A DNA stretch of 64,000 bases from Alphaproteobacteria bacterium (lineage in GTDB: Bacteria; Pseudomonadota; Alphaproteobacteria; Rickettsiales; JABDBP01), in assembly GCA_013288565.1 (NCBI GenBank), contig JABDBP010000002.1, forward strand, positions 17,997 to 81,996, written 5' to 3'. The notes below the pieces were generated by a model, which was given only the letters and a program-made list of their open reading frames with translations, was not told the DNA's origin and did no database searches. Position 1 is the stretch's first letter, and each line of letters starts with the position of its first letter. Below are positions 24,985 through 33,203 of this stretch, one piece after another. Both the position numbers and the translations under genes were made by a program.

Positions 24985-25016
24985 AAGAACCGTGGGGCAA
25001 GCTATTGCCCCACCGA
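24985..25016 (-). terminator. Hairpin downstream of the 25058-25399 gene
   Basis: GTGGGGCA (24992-24999) pairs with TGCCCCAC (25006-25013). The T tract on the minus strand is weak. Confidence 0.4.
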
Positions 25017-25057
25017 ACAGGCATTATGAAATCTACTAGCCATTTGGCATTTTCAGA

Positions 25058-25399
25058 TTATGACTTGTCCTCATCCAGCTCTTCTTCATCGTGTTCTAGC
25101 TTTTCTCTATCAATTTTCCTTTCCGCCTTTTTTTCTGCGATAGCACTCAGATCGGCACCAATACGAGCGCTGTCGGCGGCCTGCTTTGCAGCATCTCCAT
25201 TGGCCTTATCTGCGGCCTTCGCGGCCCGATCTGCGCGTAGCATAGCCCGATCTTTTTGTAGAGCGATGTCATCTTTGTTAATGGCATTAATATCCGCTTG
25301 AATATCTTGTTTGTCCTCTTGAACCTCACTTCTGGCAAATGCCGGGGATGAAATAGCGATACCTGCAATTGCAGTAAGCAGTACGATGGTTTTATTCAT
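25058..25399 (-). CDS. Secreted Ala/Asp/Lys-rich helical protein (paralog of 29590-29937)
   Basis: Signal peptide ...SSPAFA. RADRAAKAADKANGDAAKQAADSA matches RRDRAAKAADKSLGNSASQAGDSA in the paralog. SD AAAGGAG. Confidence 0.6.
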   Translation of the reverse strand: MNKTIVLLTAIAGIAISSPAFARSEVQEDKQDIQADINAINKDDIALQKDRAMLRADRAAKAADKANGDAAKQAADSARIGADLSAIAEKKAERKIDREKLEHDEEELDEDKS

Positions 25400-25445
25400 A
25401 AAATTATCTCCTTTGTTGACTTCAACTTGTAAGGGTCAGGAAATC

Positions 25446-25493
25446 AAAATGTCGTATGGTTACTACGGCAATAATGTTCTTTCTGTATAAGTG
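25446..25493 (+). repeat. Conserved intergenic box 1, copy A (contains a 13-codon ORF at 25449-25490)
   Basis: 44 of 48 nt identical to 26906-26953. Reads ATG TCG TAT GGT TAC TAC GGC AAT AAT GTT CTT TCT GTA TAA. Confidence 0.8.
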
Positions 25494-25742
25494 GAATACG
25501 CCTAGTTACCCTTAAAGCTGGATGATGCTTAACCAATTGATTTATAGGGGTGTGCATGCCTTAGTGGACAGGTTGCGAACTGATAATTACCAGGATATTA
25601 CTATTGCCCCGTCATCTGCTGCACAATTCATAAAGCAGGGTTTATTGGCAGCGTAGATAGATGTATTCTGCCCCCCAAATGTGGCAGGCTAAAGGGGACG
25701 GATGTGCGCTCGCACATTCGAAAAAACCCTTAAAAGTAGTTG

Positions 25743-26072
25743 CTACTTACTATCTTTTTTCTTTGAAGTATCATCTTTATCTTTCTTCGAATGTTTCTTG
25801 GATTCTTTATGATTTTTATTCACGGTGCTTTTTGCCTTGCGGTTTTCTAATACTTCTTCCTTGGCATTTTTATTTCCGGGAACCGCCGGAGTAGCGTGAG
25901 TTTCGCCTGCATCAGCTGGTGTGGCAGGAGTAGCGGCATTAGAACTATGATCAGAATCCATATTAAGGCTGCCTGATGTATGACCACCATCACCACCGCC
26001 CCTTGCAAATACCGGCGGTGAAGCAATAACAGCCAGCCCCCAAATTAAAGATGCTAAAACTACTTTTCTCAT
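25743..26072 (-). CDS. Secreted Lys-rich low-complexity protein
   Basis: Signal peptide ...SPPVFA, SD AAGGAG, tail KESKKHSKKDKDDTSKKKDSK. Confidence 0.5.
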   Translation of the reverse strand: MRKVVLASLIWGLAVIASPPVFARGGGDGGHTSGSLNMDSDHSSNAATPATPADAGETHATPAVPGNKNAKEEVLENRKAKSTVNKNHKESKKHSKKDKDDTSKKKDSK

Positions 26073-26108
26073 TTTGTTTTTCTCCTTAGTTATATTGAAT
26101 TTACCAGA

Positions 26109-26480
26109 TTAATCGCGGTCATGCCCATGCCCGTGTCCGTGTTCCTCGTGCTCTTCTTCATGGCCTTTTTGCTTCCACTCACCACGGGCAAAGTGCCACT
26201 TTTCTCCTCTATGCTCCCAATGCTCAGGGGCATAGCCATATCCAGGACGCGCTTCCATCCAGCGTCCACCCATCCAAACATGTCGGCCATCTTCCCAGAC
26301 CCAATATCCCGGAGCCCATATATATCCAACACGCGGCTCCGGGATAACCTCAACCTGGGGAAAAGGAGGCGCTACACCGATATCAACATCAACATTGACT
26401 CTGGCAATAGCAGGTGCGGAAGCACCTAGAATAATAAACAAAAACAACAATAAAATCCGCAAGTATGCACCCATCTCCAT
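26109..26480 (-). CDS. YXWGXW-repeat secreted protein with His-rich tail
   Basis: GYIWAPGYWVWEDGRHVWMGGRW...HWEHRGEKWHFARGEW repeats; tail HEEEHEEHGHGHGHD. Confidence 0.65.
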   Translation of the reverse strand: MEMGAYLRILLLFLFIILGASAPAIARVNVDVDIGVAPPFPQVEVIPEPRVGYIWAPGYWVWEDGRHVWMGGRWMEARPGYGYAPEHWEHRGEKWHFARGEWKQKGHEEEHEEHGHGHGHDRD

Positions 26481-26500
26481 TACTCTCTATAATATTTTAC

Positions 26501-26746
26501 TTAATCAATGGGCCCAAAATTGATCTGTTTCTTGCTAGTAAGCGCCCCGGTCGCGGCGCCAGCACCACCACCAATCAAAGCGCCGACAACAGGGTTACTA
26601 TGAGTCAATACCGCTATTCCCACACCAGCTCCCGCGCCAATAGCGCCGCCGGAGAGAGCCCGCTGCCCTTTCGTATCCCCGCATGCTGACAGAAATAATG
26701 CCAGTACCATCGTTACAATTGTTAACCTTGCACTAATAACAGACAT
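26501..26746 (-). CDS. Glycine-zipper lipoprotein
   Basis: Lipobox LFLSACG; GGAIGAGAGVGIA...GALIGGGAGAATGA. Start at 26746 with SD GGAGGG. Confidence 0.7.
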   Translation of the reverse strand: MSVISARLTIVTMVLALFLSACGDTKGQRALSGGAIGAGAGVGIAVLTHSNPVVGALIGGGAGAATGALTSKKQINFGPID

Positions 26747-26905
26747 AATACCCTCCATTAATGTTCTTAAGGGTTAAGGTACCGCTAAGAATATAAAACC
26801 GTAATAAGGTTAACGCCAAAAATATGTAAGCCTGGTATAAAAAATAAAATTACTACCAAAAATAGGAATGGTTTTATTTTAGGAGTTTATAGCTTTCTCT
26901 AAGTT

Positions 26906-26953
26906 AAAATGCCGTATGGTTACTACGGCAATAGTATTCTCTCTGTATAAGTG
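26906..26953 (+). repeat. Conserved intergenic box 1, copy B (13-codon ORF at 26909-26950)
   Basis: ATG CCG TAT GGT TAC TAC GGC AAT AGT ATT CTC TCT GTA TAA. Contains the palindrome GCCGTA-N7-TACGGC. Confidence 0.8.
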
Positions 26954-27015
26954 AGGAGCGCTTAGCTAAACATCCATCACTAGAACACGCGTACGGGTTA
27001 TTTGCAGGGCATTAA

Positions 27016-27069
27016 AATAAACTTCGGCACATAAACCGCATGCTTTCTTTATAACAATAAGTCTAGGGT
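27016..27069 (+). repeat. Conserved intergenic box 2, copy C (upstream of the hybrid kinase)
   Basis: AATAAACTTCGGCA...CTTTCTTTATAACA.TA.G.YTAGGGT is shared with 29492-29550, with a 5-nt length difference. Confidence 0.65.
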
Positions 27070-27184
27070 ACCTATCGCAGATACCACTAACACTACTAAA
27101 GCGGCTATTCTTAACTTTCCGCACACGGCGAATATGCCGGATTCTTTCTTATGATGACCTCATAATAGGCCAGGTAAAAACCTT

Positions 27185-28741
27185 ATGCTTTCGTTCAAAA
27201 AATTTCTATTGAATTATGGCCTGTATATAATTCTTGGCCTAAGCTTTTCCTGCTTAGTGGTAACTTCCCAGGTGGGTGGCGTATATCGGGGTGATGAATT
27301 GCTCATTGGTGCAGCATCGGTCGGATTTATTCTGATATTCATTTATATACAATGGGACGCAAAAAAAACCGCCACTGCACACGCGCTTGGTCTGACCTAT
27401 GTCGCGCGTGACCTGGCCCAGTCCAATGTGACTATTGCTGAGAAATTAAAATTTAAAACCGATGCAAAACAGGAAGTGGCGGATAGAGGCCGCGAGTCAG
27501 CCGAGGGTGCTACGCAACTTGCAGAAAAAGGCCAGGCATCCGCCGAAATTGCTACTATTGTTGCTGAAAAAGCCAATAAAGCGAAATCTGATTTTCTGAC
27601 CAATATGAGTCATGAGATTAGAACGCCGATGAATGCCATCATAGGGCTAACCCATATTTTACTGACTACCAAGCTTGATGAAAAACAGAAGCAGTGCGTG
27701 GATGTTCTGCAAACTAGCTCACAAGGGTTAATGACGCTTATCAATGATCTGCTGGATATTGATAAAATGGAATCGCATGATATCGATCTGGAGAATGCTC
27801 CTTTCAGCATGACCTCGCTTTTGGACCAGGTGATCAGCGTGATGTCGGTTAGGGCCAAGCAGAAAGGGGTCAATCTTATCGTCCATTATGAATCAGGGCT
27901 TTATAAAACATATATCGGTGATAGCGGGCGTATTCGCCAGATAATGCTGAACTTAGTCGGTAACGCTGTTAAATTTACCGAACTTGGAGGCAGCGTGTCG
28001 GTTTTCTTTGCTAATGTCGGAAAAGGCAATGGGAAAAAGCATGTTACCGTAACTGTAACCGATACCGGGATCGGCATCCCGGAAGATAAAATGGGCGTTA
28101 TCTTCGGTAAATTCATCCAGGCTGATTCCTCCATCACCCGCAAATATGGCGGCACTGGTCTTGGCCTTGCCATCTCCCAGGCCTTGGCAAAACGCATGGG
28201 TGGCTATATTGCGGTTACCAGCGTGATCGGCCAGGGTTCCTCTTTCGTCCTGCATCTCATCCTGCCGGTTGAAGACACAAGCAGTGACAGTGAGAAGCAC
28301 TATCAGGAAAACATTATCTACCTAGATAGACAGGCCAATGCCGAAATATCGCCCATTTTGTTGGTAGAGGATTATGAGGCGAATATCCTCGTTGCCACCA
28401 TGATATTCCAGAATTTCGGTTATCATTACGAGGTGGCACGCAATGGACAGGAGGCGGTGGAACGGTTTTCTCCCGGCAAATACTCCATCGTCCTGATGGA
28501 CGTGGAGATGCCGGTTATGGACGGCTATGAGGCTACGCGCCATATACGTGAGTTTGAAAAAGCGAAAGCTTCCCCGTCCGTGGCTATTATCGCCATGACC
28601 GCTCATGCCATGAAGGGAGACAGGGAAAAATGCATCGCGGCGGGAATGGATGATTACATTGCCAAGCCGTTCAATCCACATCAGTTACAGGCGATACTGC
28701 TTAAGCATCTCAAGAAAGGCGGCACTGGAAAAGCGGCATAA
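27185..28741 (+). CDS. Hybrid sensor histidine kinase/response regulator
   Basis: H-box [38 protein letters not shown]; receiver ILLVEDYE...[11 protein letters not shown]...KP. Confidence 0.9.
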   Translation: MLSFKKFLLNYGLYIILGLSFSCLVVTSQVGGVYRGDELLIGAASVGFILIFIYIQWDAKKTATAHALGLTYVARDLAQSNVTIAEKLKFKTDAKQEVADRGRESAEGATQLAEKGQASAEIATIVAEKANKAKSDFLTNMSHEIRTPMNAIIGLTHILLTTKLDEKQKQCVDVLQTSSQGLMTLINDLLDIDKMESHDIDLENAPFSMTSLLDQVISVMSVRAKQKGVNLIVHYESGLYKTYIGDSGRIRQIMLNLVGNAVKFTELGGSVSVFFANVGKGNGKKHVTVTVTDTGIGIPEDKMGVIFGKFIQADSSITRKYGGTGLGLAISQALAKRMGGYIAVTSVIGQGSSFVLHLILPVEDTSSDSEKHYQENIIYLDRQANAEISPILLVEDYEANILVATMIFQNFGYHYEVARNGQEAVERFSPGKYSIVLMDVEMPVMDGYEATRHIREFEKAKASPSVAIIAMTAHAMKGDREKCIAAGMDDYIAKPFNPHQLQAILLKHLKKGGTGKAA

Positions 28742-28768
28742 AAAAGGAGCCACCCGGCCCCTTTTTTA
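28741..28768. terminator. Probable terminator between the convergent kinase and UPF0391 genes
   Basis: AAAAAGGAGCC-ACCC-GGCCCCTTTTTT. The stem has one mismatch and is flanked by A and T runs. Confidence 0.5.
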
Positions 28769-28790
28769 ACTCAATCATTCGTTTAAGGCT

Positions 28791-28973
28791 TTACAGTGGT
28801 GGATTTGCCCTGCGCCCCGTAAGCAGGCTATAGACCAGACTGGCGACAAAGAGCACAACAAAAATAAGTGCAAGGAACTTTGCGATTCCAGCAAAGTCAG
28901 CGGCAAGGCCGCCGAATCCGAAAATAGCAGCAATCACCGCCAGAATAAAAAAGGTAACGATGTAATTCAGCAT
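28791..28973 (-). CDS. UPF0391/DUF1328 small membrane protein
   Basis: MLNYIVTFFILAVIAAIFGFGGLA....IAK.L..IF..LF is a characteristic family sequence. SD GGGAG. Confidence 0.85.
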   Translation of the reverse strand: MLNYIVTFFILAVIAAIFGFGGLAADFAGIAKFLALIFVVLFVASLVYSLLTGRRANPPL

Positions 28974-29047
28974 AAGTATTCTCCCGCAGTTGAGGTTATT
29001 AGGCTCTGTCCCATCAAGAGACAGAGCCTAAGCAAGCATCAAGCTCT

Positions 29048-29383
29048 CTATGCTGCCGCTTTACTAGCGCCAGTCTTTTCCTGCCATTCCTTAATACCGC
29101 CCTCATAGGCGAAAACATTGGTAAAACCAGCAGCATCAAGTTTACTGGCTGCGTTCTTGGAAGCTTGGCAATCGAAGCTCGCGCAATAAGTAACGATCTT
29201 GGCTGTTTTATCGCCCGCAGCTTTTTCCACGGCTTGAACAAAATCTGGTTGCTCATTGGGTATATTGATTGAGCCAAGAATGTTTGCCCTCTCAAAATCT
29301 CCTTTGGACAACACGTTAATCAAAGTGAATTTCTCATTATTGTTTTTCAATTTCTTCAGTTCGTCATAGGTGATAGTTTTCAT
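29048..29383 (-). CDS. Rhodanese-like domain protein
   Basis: LINVLSKGDFERANILGSINIP...IVTYCASFDCQAS..AA..L...GF.NV..Y.GG...W. Start at 29383 with SD AAGGAG. Confidence 0.85.
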   Translation of the reverse strand: MKTITYDELKKLKNNNEKFTLINVLSKGDFERANILGSINIPNEQPDFVQAVEKAAGDKTAKIVTYCASFDCQASKNAASKLDAAGFTNVFAYEGGIKEWQEKTGASKAAA

Positions 29384-29491
29384 TGCCTTCTCCTTATGTT
29401 TAATAAATGTTAACAGCCACGAAGCTAGTGATGTAAGAATCAAGGTGCGATGTGGATCTGGCCGTATTTTATAAGCGGAGCATCAATTATT

Positions 29492-29550
29492 AATAAACTT
29501 CGGCAAATAGTAAAAAGCACATCCTTTCTTTATAACAGTAGGCTTAGGGT
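29492..29550 (+). repeat. Conserved intergenic box 2, copy D (upstream of 29590)
   Basis: Shares the flanking blocks with 27016-27069. Preceded at 29461-29484 by a collapsed box-1-like GCCGTATTTTATAAGCGGAGC. Confidence 0.65.
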
Positions 29551-29589
29551 CAAGCATCCGTTCAAACTTTTATAAAAAGGAATTTGTAT

Positions 29590-29937
29590 ATGAAAACACT
29601 TATCGCATTAGCTTTTGTCGGTGCTCTTACCGTTAGTTTCGCTGCCATGGCACAGACTGCCATACAGAAAGATGCGCAGAATGTGAGTGCTGATGCCGCT
29701 GCGGTAAAGAAAGATCAACAGGCTCTAGCAAAAGACAAAAGAGCCTTAAGGAGAGATCGTGCGGCAAAGGCAGCAGATAAATCTTTAGGAAATAGCGCAA
29801 GCCAGGCTGGCGATAGCGCGGCTATAGCCGGAGATAAAACCCTCATCAAGGAAAAGAAGGTCGAAAAGAATGCTGATACCAAAATCCTGAAGCATGATGT
29901 GAACACTTTGGATACCGACACCAATACAGATAAATAA
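29590..29937 (+). CDS. Secreted Ala/Asp/Lys-rich helical protein (paralog of 25058-25399)
   Basis: Signal peptide ...SFAAMA with a clear paralogous core. ATG at 29590. Confidence 0.6.
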   Translation: MKTLIALAFVGALTVSFAAMAQTAIQKDAQNVSADAAAVKKDQQALAKDKRALRRDRAAKAADKSLGNSASQAGDSAAIAGDKTLIKEKKVEKNADTKILKHDVNTLDTDTNTDK

Positions 29938-30073
29938 ATTATCGCCCACTGGTGATTTGCGTATCTAGGATGACCGCTACATAACGACAGCTATATGTGA
30001 GAACATTAATTACTTCATGCGCATTGCCGTTATTAGCCGGATGTGCAGGATCTTTTGAGCTTTTTAGGGAATC

Positions 30074-30265
30074 ATGATAAAAATAGAAACCATTATTTTG
30101 TTGGCTGCATTGGCGTTTTTAAGCGCCTGCGAGTGGCAAGGATCGCCGGGATCACCAGCGAAGGGCGGAAATTTCTGCCCGCCGGCACAGGTGAAGAATG
30201 GAAGCTGCACAGCCCGGGATCAGGAGCGTTTCTGCCATGATAATGATCAAGACGAAAATTGTTAA
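30074..30265 (+). CDS. Small Cys-rich lipoprotein
   Basis: Lipobox AFLSAC. The mature part is about 45 aa, with four further Cys residues after the lipobox Cys. Confidence 0.45.
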   Translation: MIKIETIILLAALAFLSACEWQGSPGSPAKGGNFCPPAQVKNGSCTARDQERFCHDNDQDENC

Positions 30266-30520
30266 ATTAAGCTAAATTAAGTCAATAGTTTTGGTACCCT
30301 TTCTAGTAGGGGCTGCGCCAGCGCGTTCGCATGGCGAGAGTTAGGGCTGGTTGCTATAATCTTGCTCATTTTTTATTGCTCACCGGTCGCATTTATGGCG
30401 TGGTTAACAGCGCCTAATATCCGTGAAATAATTTTTTTTAGAGGGCTTTGATGTAAGGCAAAGTATGGGTTTCCATTGGTGCTATAAAGACAGCGATGAT
30501 TTTTTATAGGACAGCTAATT

Positions 30521-30904
30521 ATGGAACCGGCACAAAAAACTAAAGATGCTAAAGAATATGAACAGGTATTTCAGCAATACCTTGAAATCTGTAACCAAGC
30601 CATTGAGAAGAACAGAGACAAATTCCCCTATACGGAAATTTGGGGAGCCAGATTTAAAGAATTGAAAGATGAAACGACACTGCACGCCATTGTCTATGAT
30701 GACCGGCCAAAGGTAGCATTTATGCTGCGGCTGACTCCGGATATGAAAATCGAAATTGTGGAAAAGAAACCTGTGCCAACTGCAGACGAATGGCCTTTCA
30801 CATATCAATATCTCAAACGCGTAGTAGATAACCCGCAAGAATATATAGCAAACCCGGCAAAGCTTGAATGGGGCTGGCTGAAAACCATCTTTGGAGCAGC
30901 TTAA
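30521..30904 (+). CDS. Hypothetical protein immediately upstream of a sensor kinase
   Basis: 127-aa ORF with coding-like composition. I recognise no domain. Confidence 0.45.
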   Translation: MEPAQKTKDAKEYEQVFQQYLEICNQAIEKNRDKFPYTEIWGARFKELKDETTLHAIVYDDRPKVAFMLRLTPDMKIEIVEKKPVPTADEWPFTYQYLKRVVDNPQEYIANPAKLEWGWLKTIFGAA

Positions 30905-30959
30905 TCCTTATCGTATGGGAAAGAGTCATTTGATAGAAACTTTATATAGGAAGGTTCAC

Positions 30960-32198
30960 ATGGGAAAAAGCATGAAAAATCAGCTCGCAGAATCAATGCC
31001 GGTAGTGCCAGTATTGCACGATCAAGAGAAACAGGGGTCAGATAATCTCAGGCAAAATAATAGTATAAGACTGGCTGACTTCATTCATGAAAACACGGAA
31101 CAAATAGTGAATGAATGGGAAATCTTTGCGCAGACACTGAAACCTGCCGCCAATGACATGACGCCACTGGCCCTGCGTAATCATATTCACCAAATACTTA
31201 CTTTCATAGTAAGCGACGTGGAGTCCCCGCAAACCAGCTCAGAACAAATAAAGAAATCGCACGGAGGAAAAGAGAAAAGTTCCACCCCTACCGCAGCAGA
31301 AACTCATGCGGCTTTGCGTTTGGCCGGTGGCTTTAATATTGACCAGATGGTCTCGGAGTATCGGGCTCTACGTGCCAGCGTGATTAAGTTGTGGAGCGTT
31401 GCCAACACTCAGATGAATCATCTAGATATAATAGATCTGACTCGGTTCAACGAGTCCATTGATCAAGAATTAGCGGAATCGGTTAGCCATTACACAGAAA
31501 AAGTCGGTTCTTCAAAAGACCTGTTTATAGCCATATTAGGCCACGATCTCCGCACTCCGCTTGGTGTAATATCAATGGCCACCAAGCTGATATTGAATAT
31601 GGGGGAGCTTAGCGAACGACAAACTATGTTGGCTAACCAGATTGTTGAAAGCACATCCCGTGTTACCGCAATAGCTAATGATCTACTCGATATGACTCGT
31701 GCCAGGTTCGGTGCCGGGCTTTCCGTTGTCAGGGCTTCTATGGATATGGGCTTCGTAAGTAGGCATATGGTTAATGAAATGCGGATTGCTTACCCAAGGC
31801 GCAATATCAATCTTGAAGCCTCGGGAGAGCTGAAAGGCGAATGGGATAAGGCGCGTATCGGCCAGGTCTTCTCAAACCTAATCGGCAACGCGGTACAGTA
31901 TAGCTTCCGGGACTCATCTATTAGCGTGACTATAAAAGGCACCTCAGAGGAAGTGCTATTATCAGTGCATAATGAGGGTGTACCGATTCCCCTCGAAAAA
32001 ATGGGAACCATATTTGATTCCTTAACCCGCGCAGCTACATATGAAGGGGATCATCCGGGAGCAGTTAATCTTGGCTTGGGACTTTATATTACCAAGGAAA
32101 TCGTTGTTTCCCACGGCGGAACGATTGATGTTACTTCCACTGAAGAGGATGGCACAACCTTTACCGCGCGATTTCCAAAGGTCAGTATAAATAACTAA
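30960..32198 (+). CDS. Soluble sensor histidine kinase with an RsbRD_N-like N-terminal sensing domain
   Basis: Start at 30960 with SD AGGAAGG. H-box AILGHDLRTPLGVI, N-box LIGNAVQYS, G-box NLGLGLYI. No TM segment. Confidence 0.85.
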   Translation: MGKSMKNQLAESMPVVPVLHDQEKQGSDNLRQNNSIRLADFIHENTEQIVNEWEIFAQTLKPAANDMTPLALRNHIHQILTFIVSDVESPQTSSEQIKKSHGGKEKSSTPTAAETHAALRLAGGFNIDQMVSEYRALRASVIKLWSVANTQMNHLDIIDLTRFNESIDQELAESVSHYTEKVGSSKDLFIAILGHDLRTPLGVISMATKLILNMGELSERQTMLANQIVESTSRVTAIANDLLDMTRARFGAGLSVVRASMDMGFVSRHMVNEMRIAYPRRNINLEASGELKGEWDKARIGQVFSNLIGNAVQYSFRDSSISVTIKGTSEEVLLSVHNEGVPIPLEKMGTIFDSLTRAATYEGDHPGAVNLGLGLYITKEIVVSHGGTIDVTSTEEDGTTFTARFPKVSINN

Positions 32199-32969
32199 GA
32201 ACCATCTTTGGACAATTCTACCCCCCCACACCCGTAGATGAGAATGCGGATAGCAGCCATTCACAAATTCTAGCAGGCGCTGCATTGAATCAATGACCAC
32301 GCGCGAGCCGGTAATATGGATTCCGGTTTCTTGGCGTAATATATTCAATGCGCGGGAAAATGTCGCACCCTTCATGCCCAGGGTAGAAGCAATTAGCGCT
32401 TTATCATAAGGGAGATCTAACGTCACGCTATCTTTTTGTTCTAGCGTCGGAGAGAGCCCCAGCAAAAAGCATCCGATGCGTTGAGGGGCGCTGTAGAGCA
32501 AGTTCTGTTCAATTTGCATTTCATGGCGGCGTTTGTATTCCGCCATGGAAGCCAGCATATTGAATGCTAGCTGGCTATTAACCCTTAGCTGCTCTTTCAG
32601 AAGAGCAAGGGGAATGCTTAAGATTTCTGCATCCTCTACTACCTGGGCACTGCTGGTAAATTGCCCATGCTCAAAAATGGCACTTTCCCCTGTGATGCCG
32701 TTTCTCGTGAGCATCACTAAGCTAACTTCTTCGCCTTCTTCGGTGGTATGGAACAGTTTTAGCCAGCCGCTGTAAATTATGTAGAAGAAATTGGCCTGCT
32801 CATCTCTCAAATAGAGAAGATGTCCTTTCTTGTAACTCTTCAGTTGGGCCGCATTGGCAAAACGCGCCACATCTTCATCAAGCAGATTGGCGAAGAGCGG
32901 AAGATTTTTGAGAAAAGCTATGGATTTTTGCTGCGTAGAACCGGCCTCCCGTTCCTTTATTGCCATCAT
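32022..32969 (-). CDS. Crp/Fnr (FixK-like) family transcription regulator with an unusually long C-terminal read-through
   Basis: cNMP-binding-like FLKNLPLFANL...FFYIIYSGWLKLF; HTH ALIASTLGMKGATFSRALNILRQ; no N-terminal Cys cluster. The last ~59 codons lie antisense to the kinase CDS. Confidence 0.8.
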   Translation of the reverse strand: MMAIKEREAGSTQQKSIAFLKNLPLFANLLDEDVARFANAAQLKSYKKGHLLYLRDEQANFFYIIYSGWLKLFHTTEEGEEVSLVMLTRNGITGESAIFEHGQFTSSAQVVEDAEILSIPLALLKEQLRVNSQLAFNMLASMAEYKRRHEMQIEQNLLYSAPQRIGCFLLGLSPTLEQKDSVTLDLPYDKALIASTLGMKGATFSRALNILRQETGIHITGSRVVIDSMQRLLEFVNGCYPHSHLRVWGGRIVQRWFLVIYTDLWKSRGKGCAILFSGSNINRSAVGNNDFLGNIKSQAKINCSRMIPFICSCAG

Positions 32970-33023
32970 AGCGTTTACGTACCCCTGGGTAAAATCCGGG
33001 GGACTATACAGCGTTTTCGACTC

Positions 33024-33049
33024 AACTTTTTGACCTAGGTCAAAAAGTT
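33024..33049. promoter_or_regulatory. FNR/FixK-type box 1 within a 26-bp perfect palindrome
   Basis: AACTTTTTGACCTAGGTCAAAAAGTT; core TTGA-CCTAGG-TCAA at 33030-33043. Confidence 0.6.
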
Positions 33050-33066
33050 TATTTTATTTTTAGTTT

Positions 33067-33080
33067 TTGATTTAAATCAA
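33067..33080. promoter_or_regulatory. FNR/FixK-type box 2
   Basis: TTGA-TTTAAA-TCAA is a perfect palindrome whose centre lies 37 bp from that of box 1. Confidence 0.55.
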
Positions 33081-33203
33081 ACATCGCGCACCTGATTTCT
33101 GTACTGTCGCTCACCTTAGCTGGGCAAGTCTCTCTCCAAACCTAGCAGGGGAGAGTAAATTATGCAAGCAATTTTACCCATTCCAGATGATAGGAGTTTT
33201 CCC

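Noticed and set aside
27026-27040. A sigma-54-like element, GGCAC-ATAAA-CCGCA (GG-N10-GC), inside box 2 copy C upstream of the hybrid kinase.
   Set aside because: Only this one of the four related boxes keeps the -12 GC; the others read TTCT or AAAA. The -12 region is CCGCA rather than TTGCA, and no enhancer-binding protein gene is nearby. It is probably coincidental.
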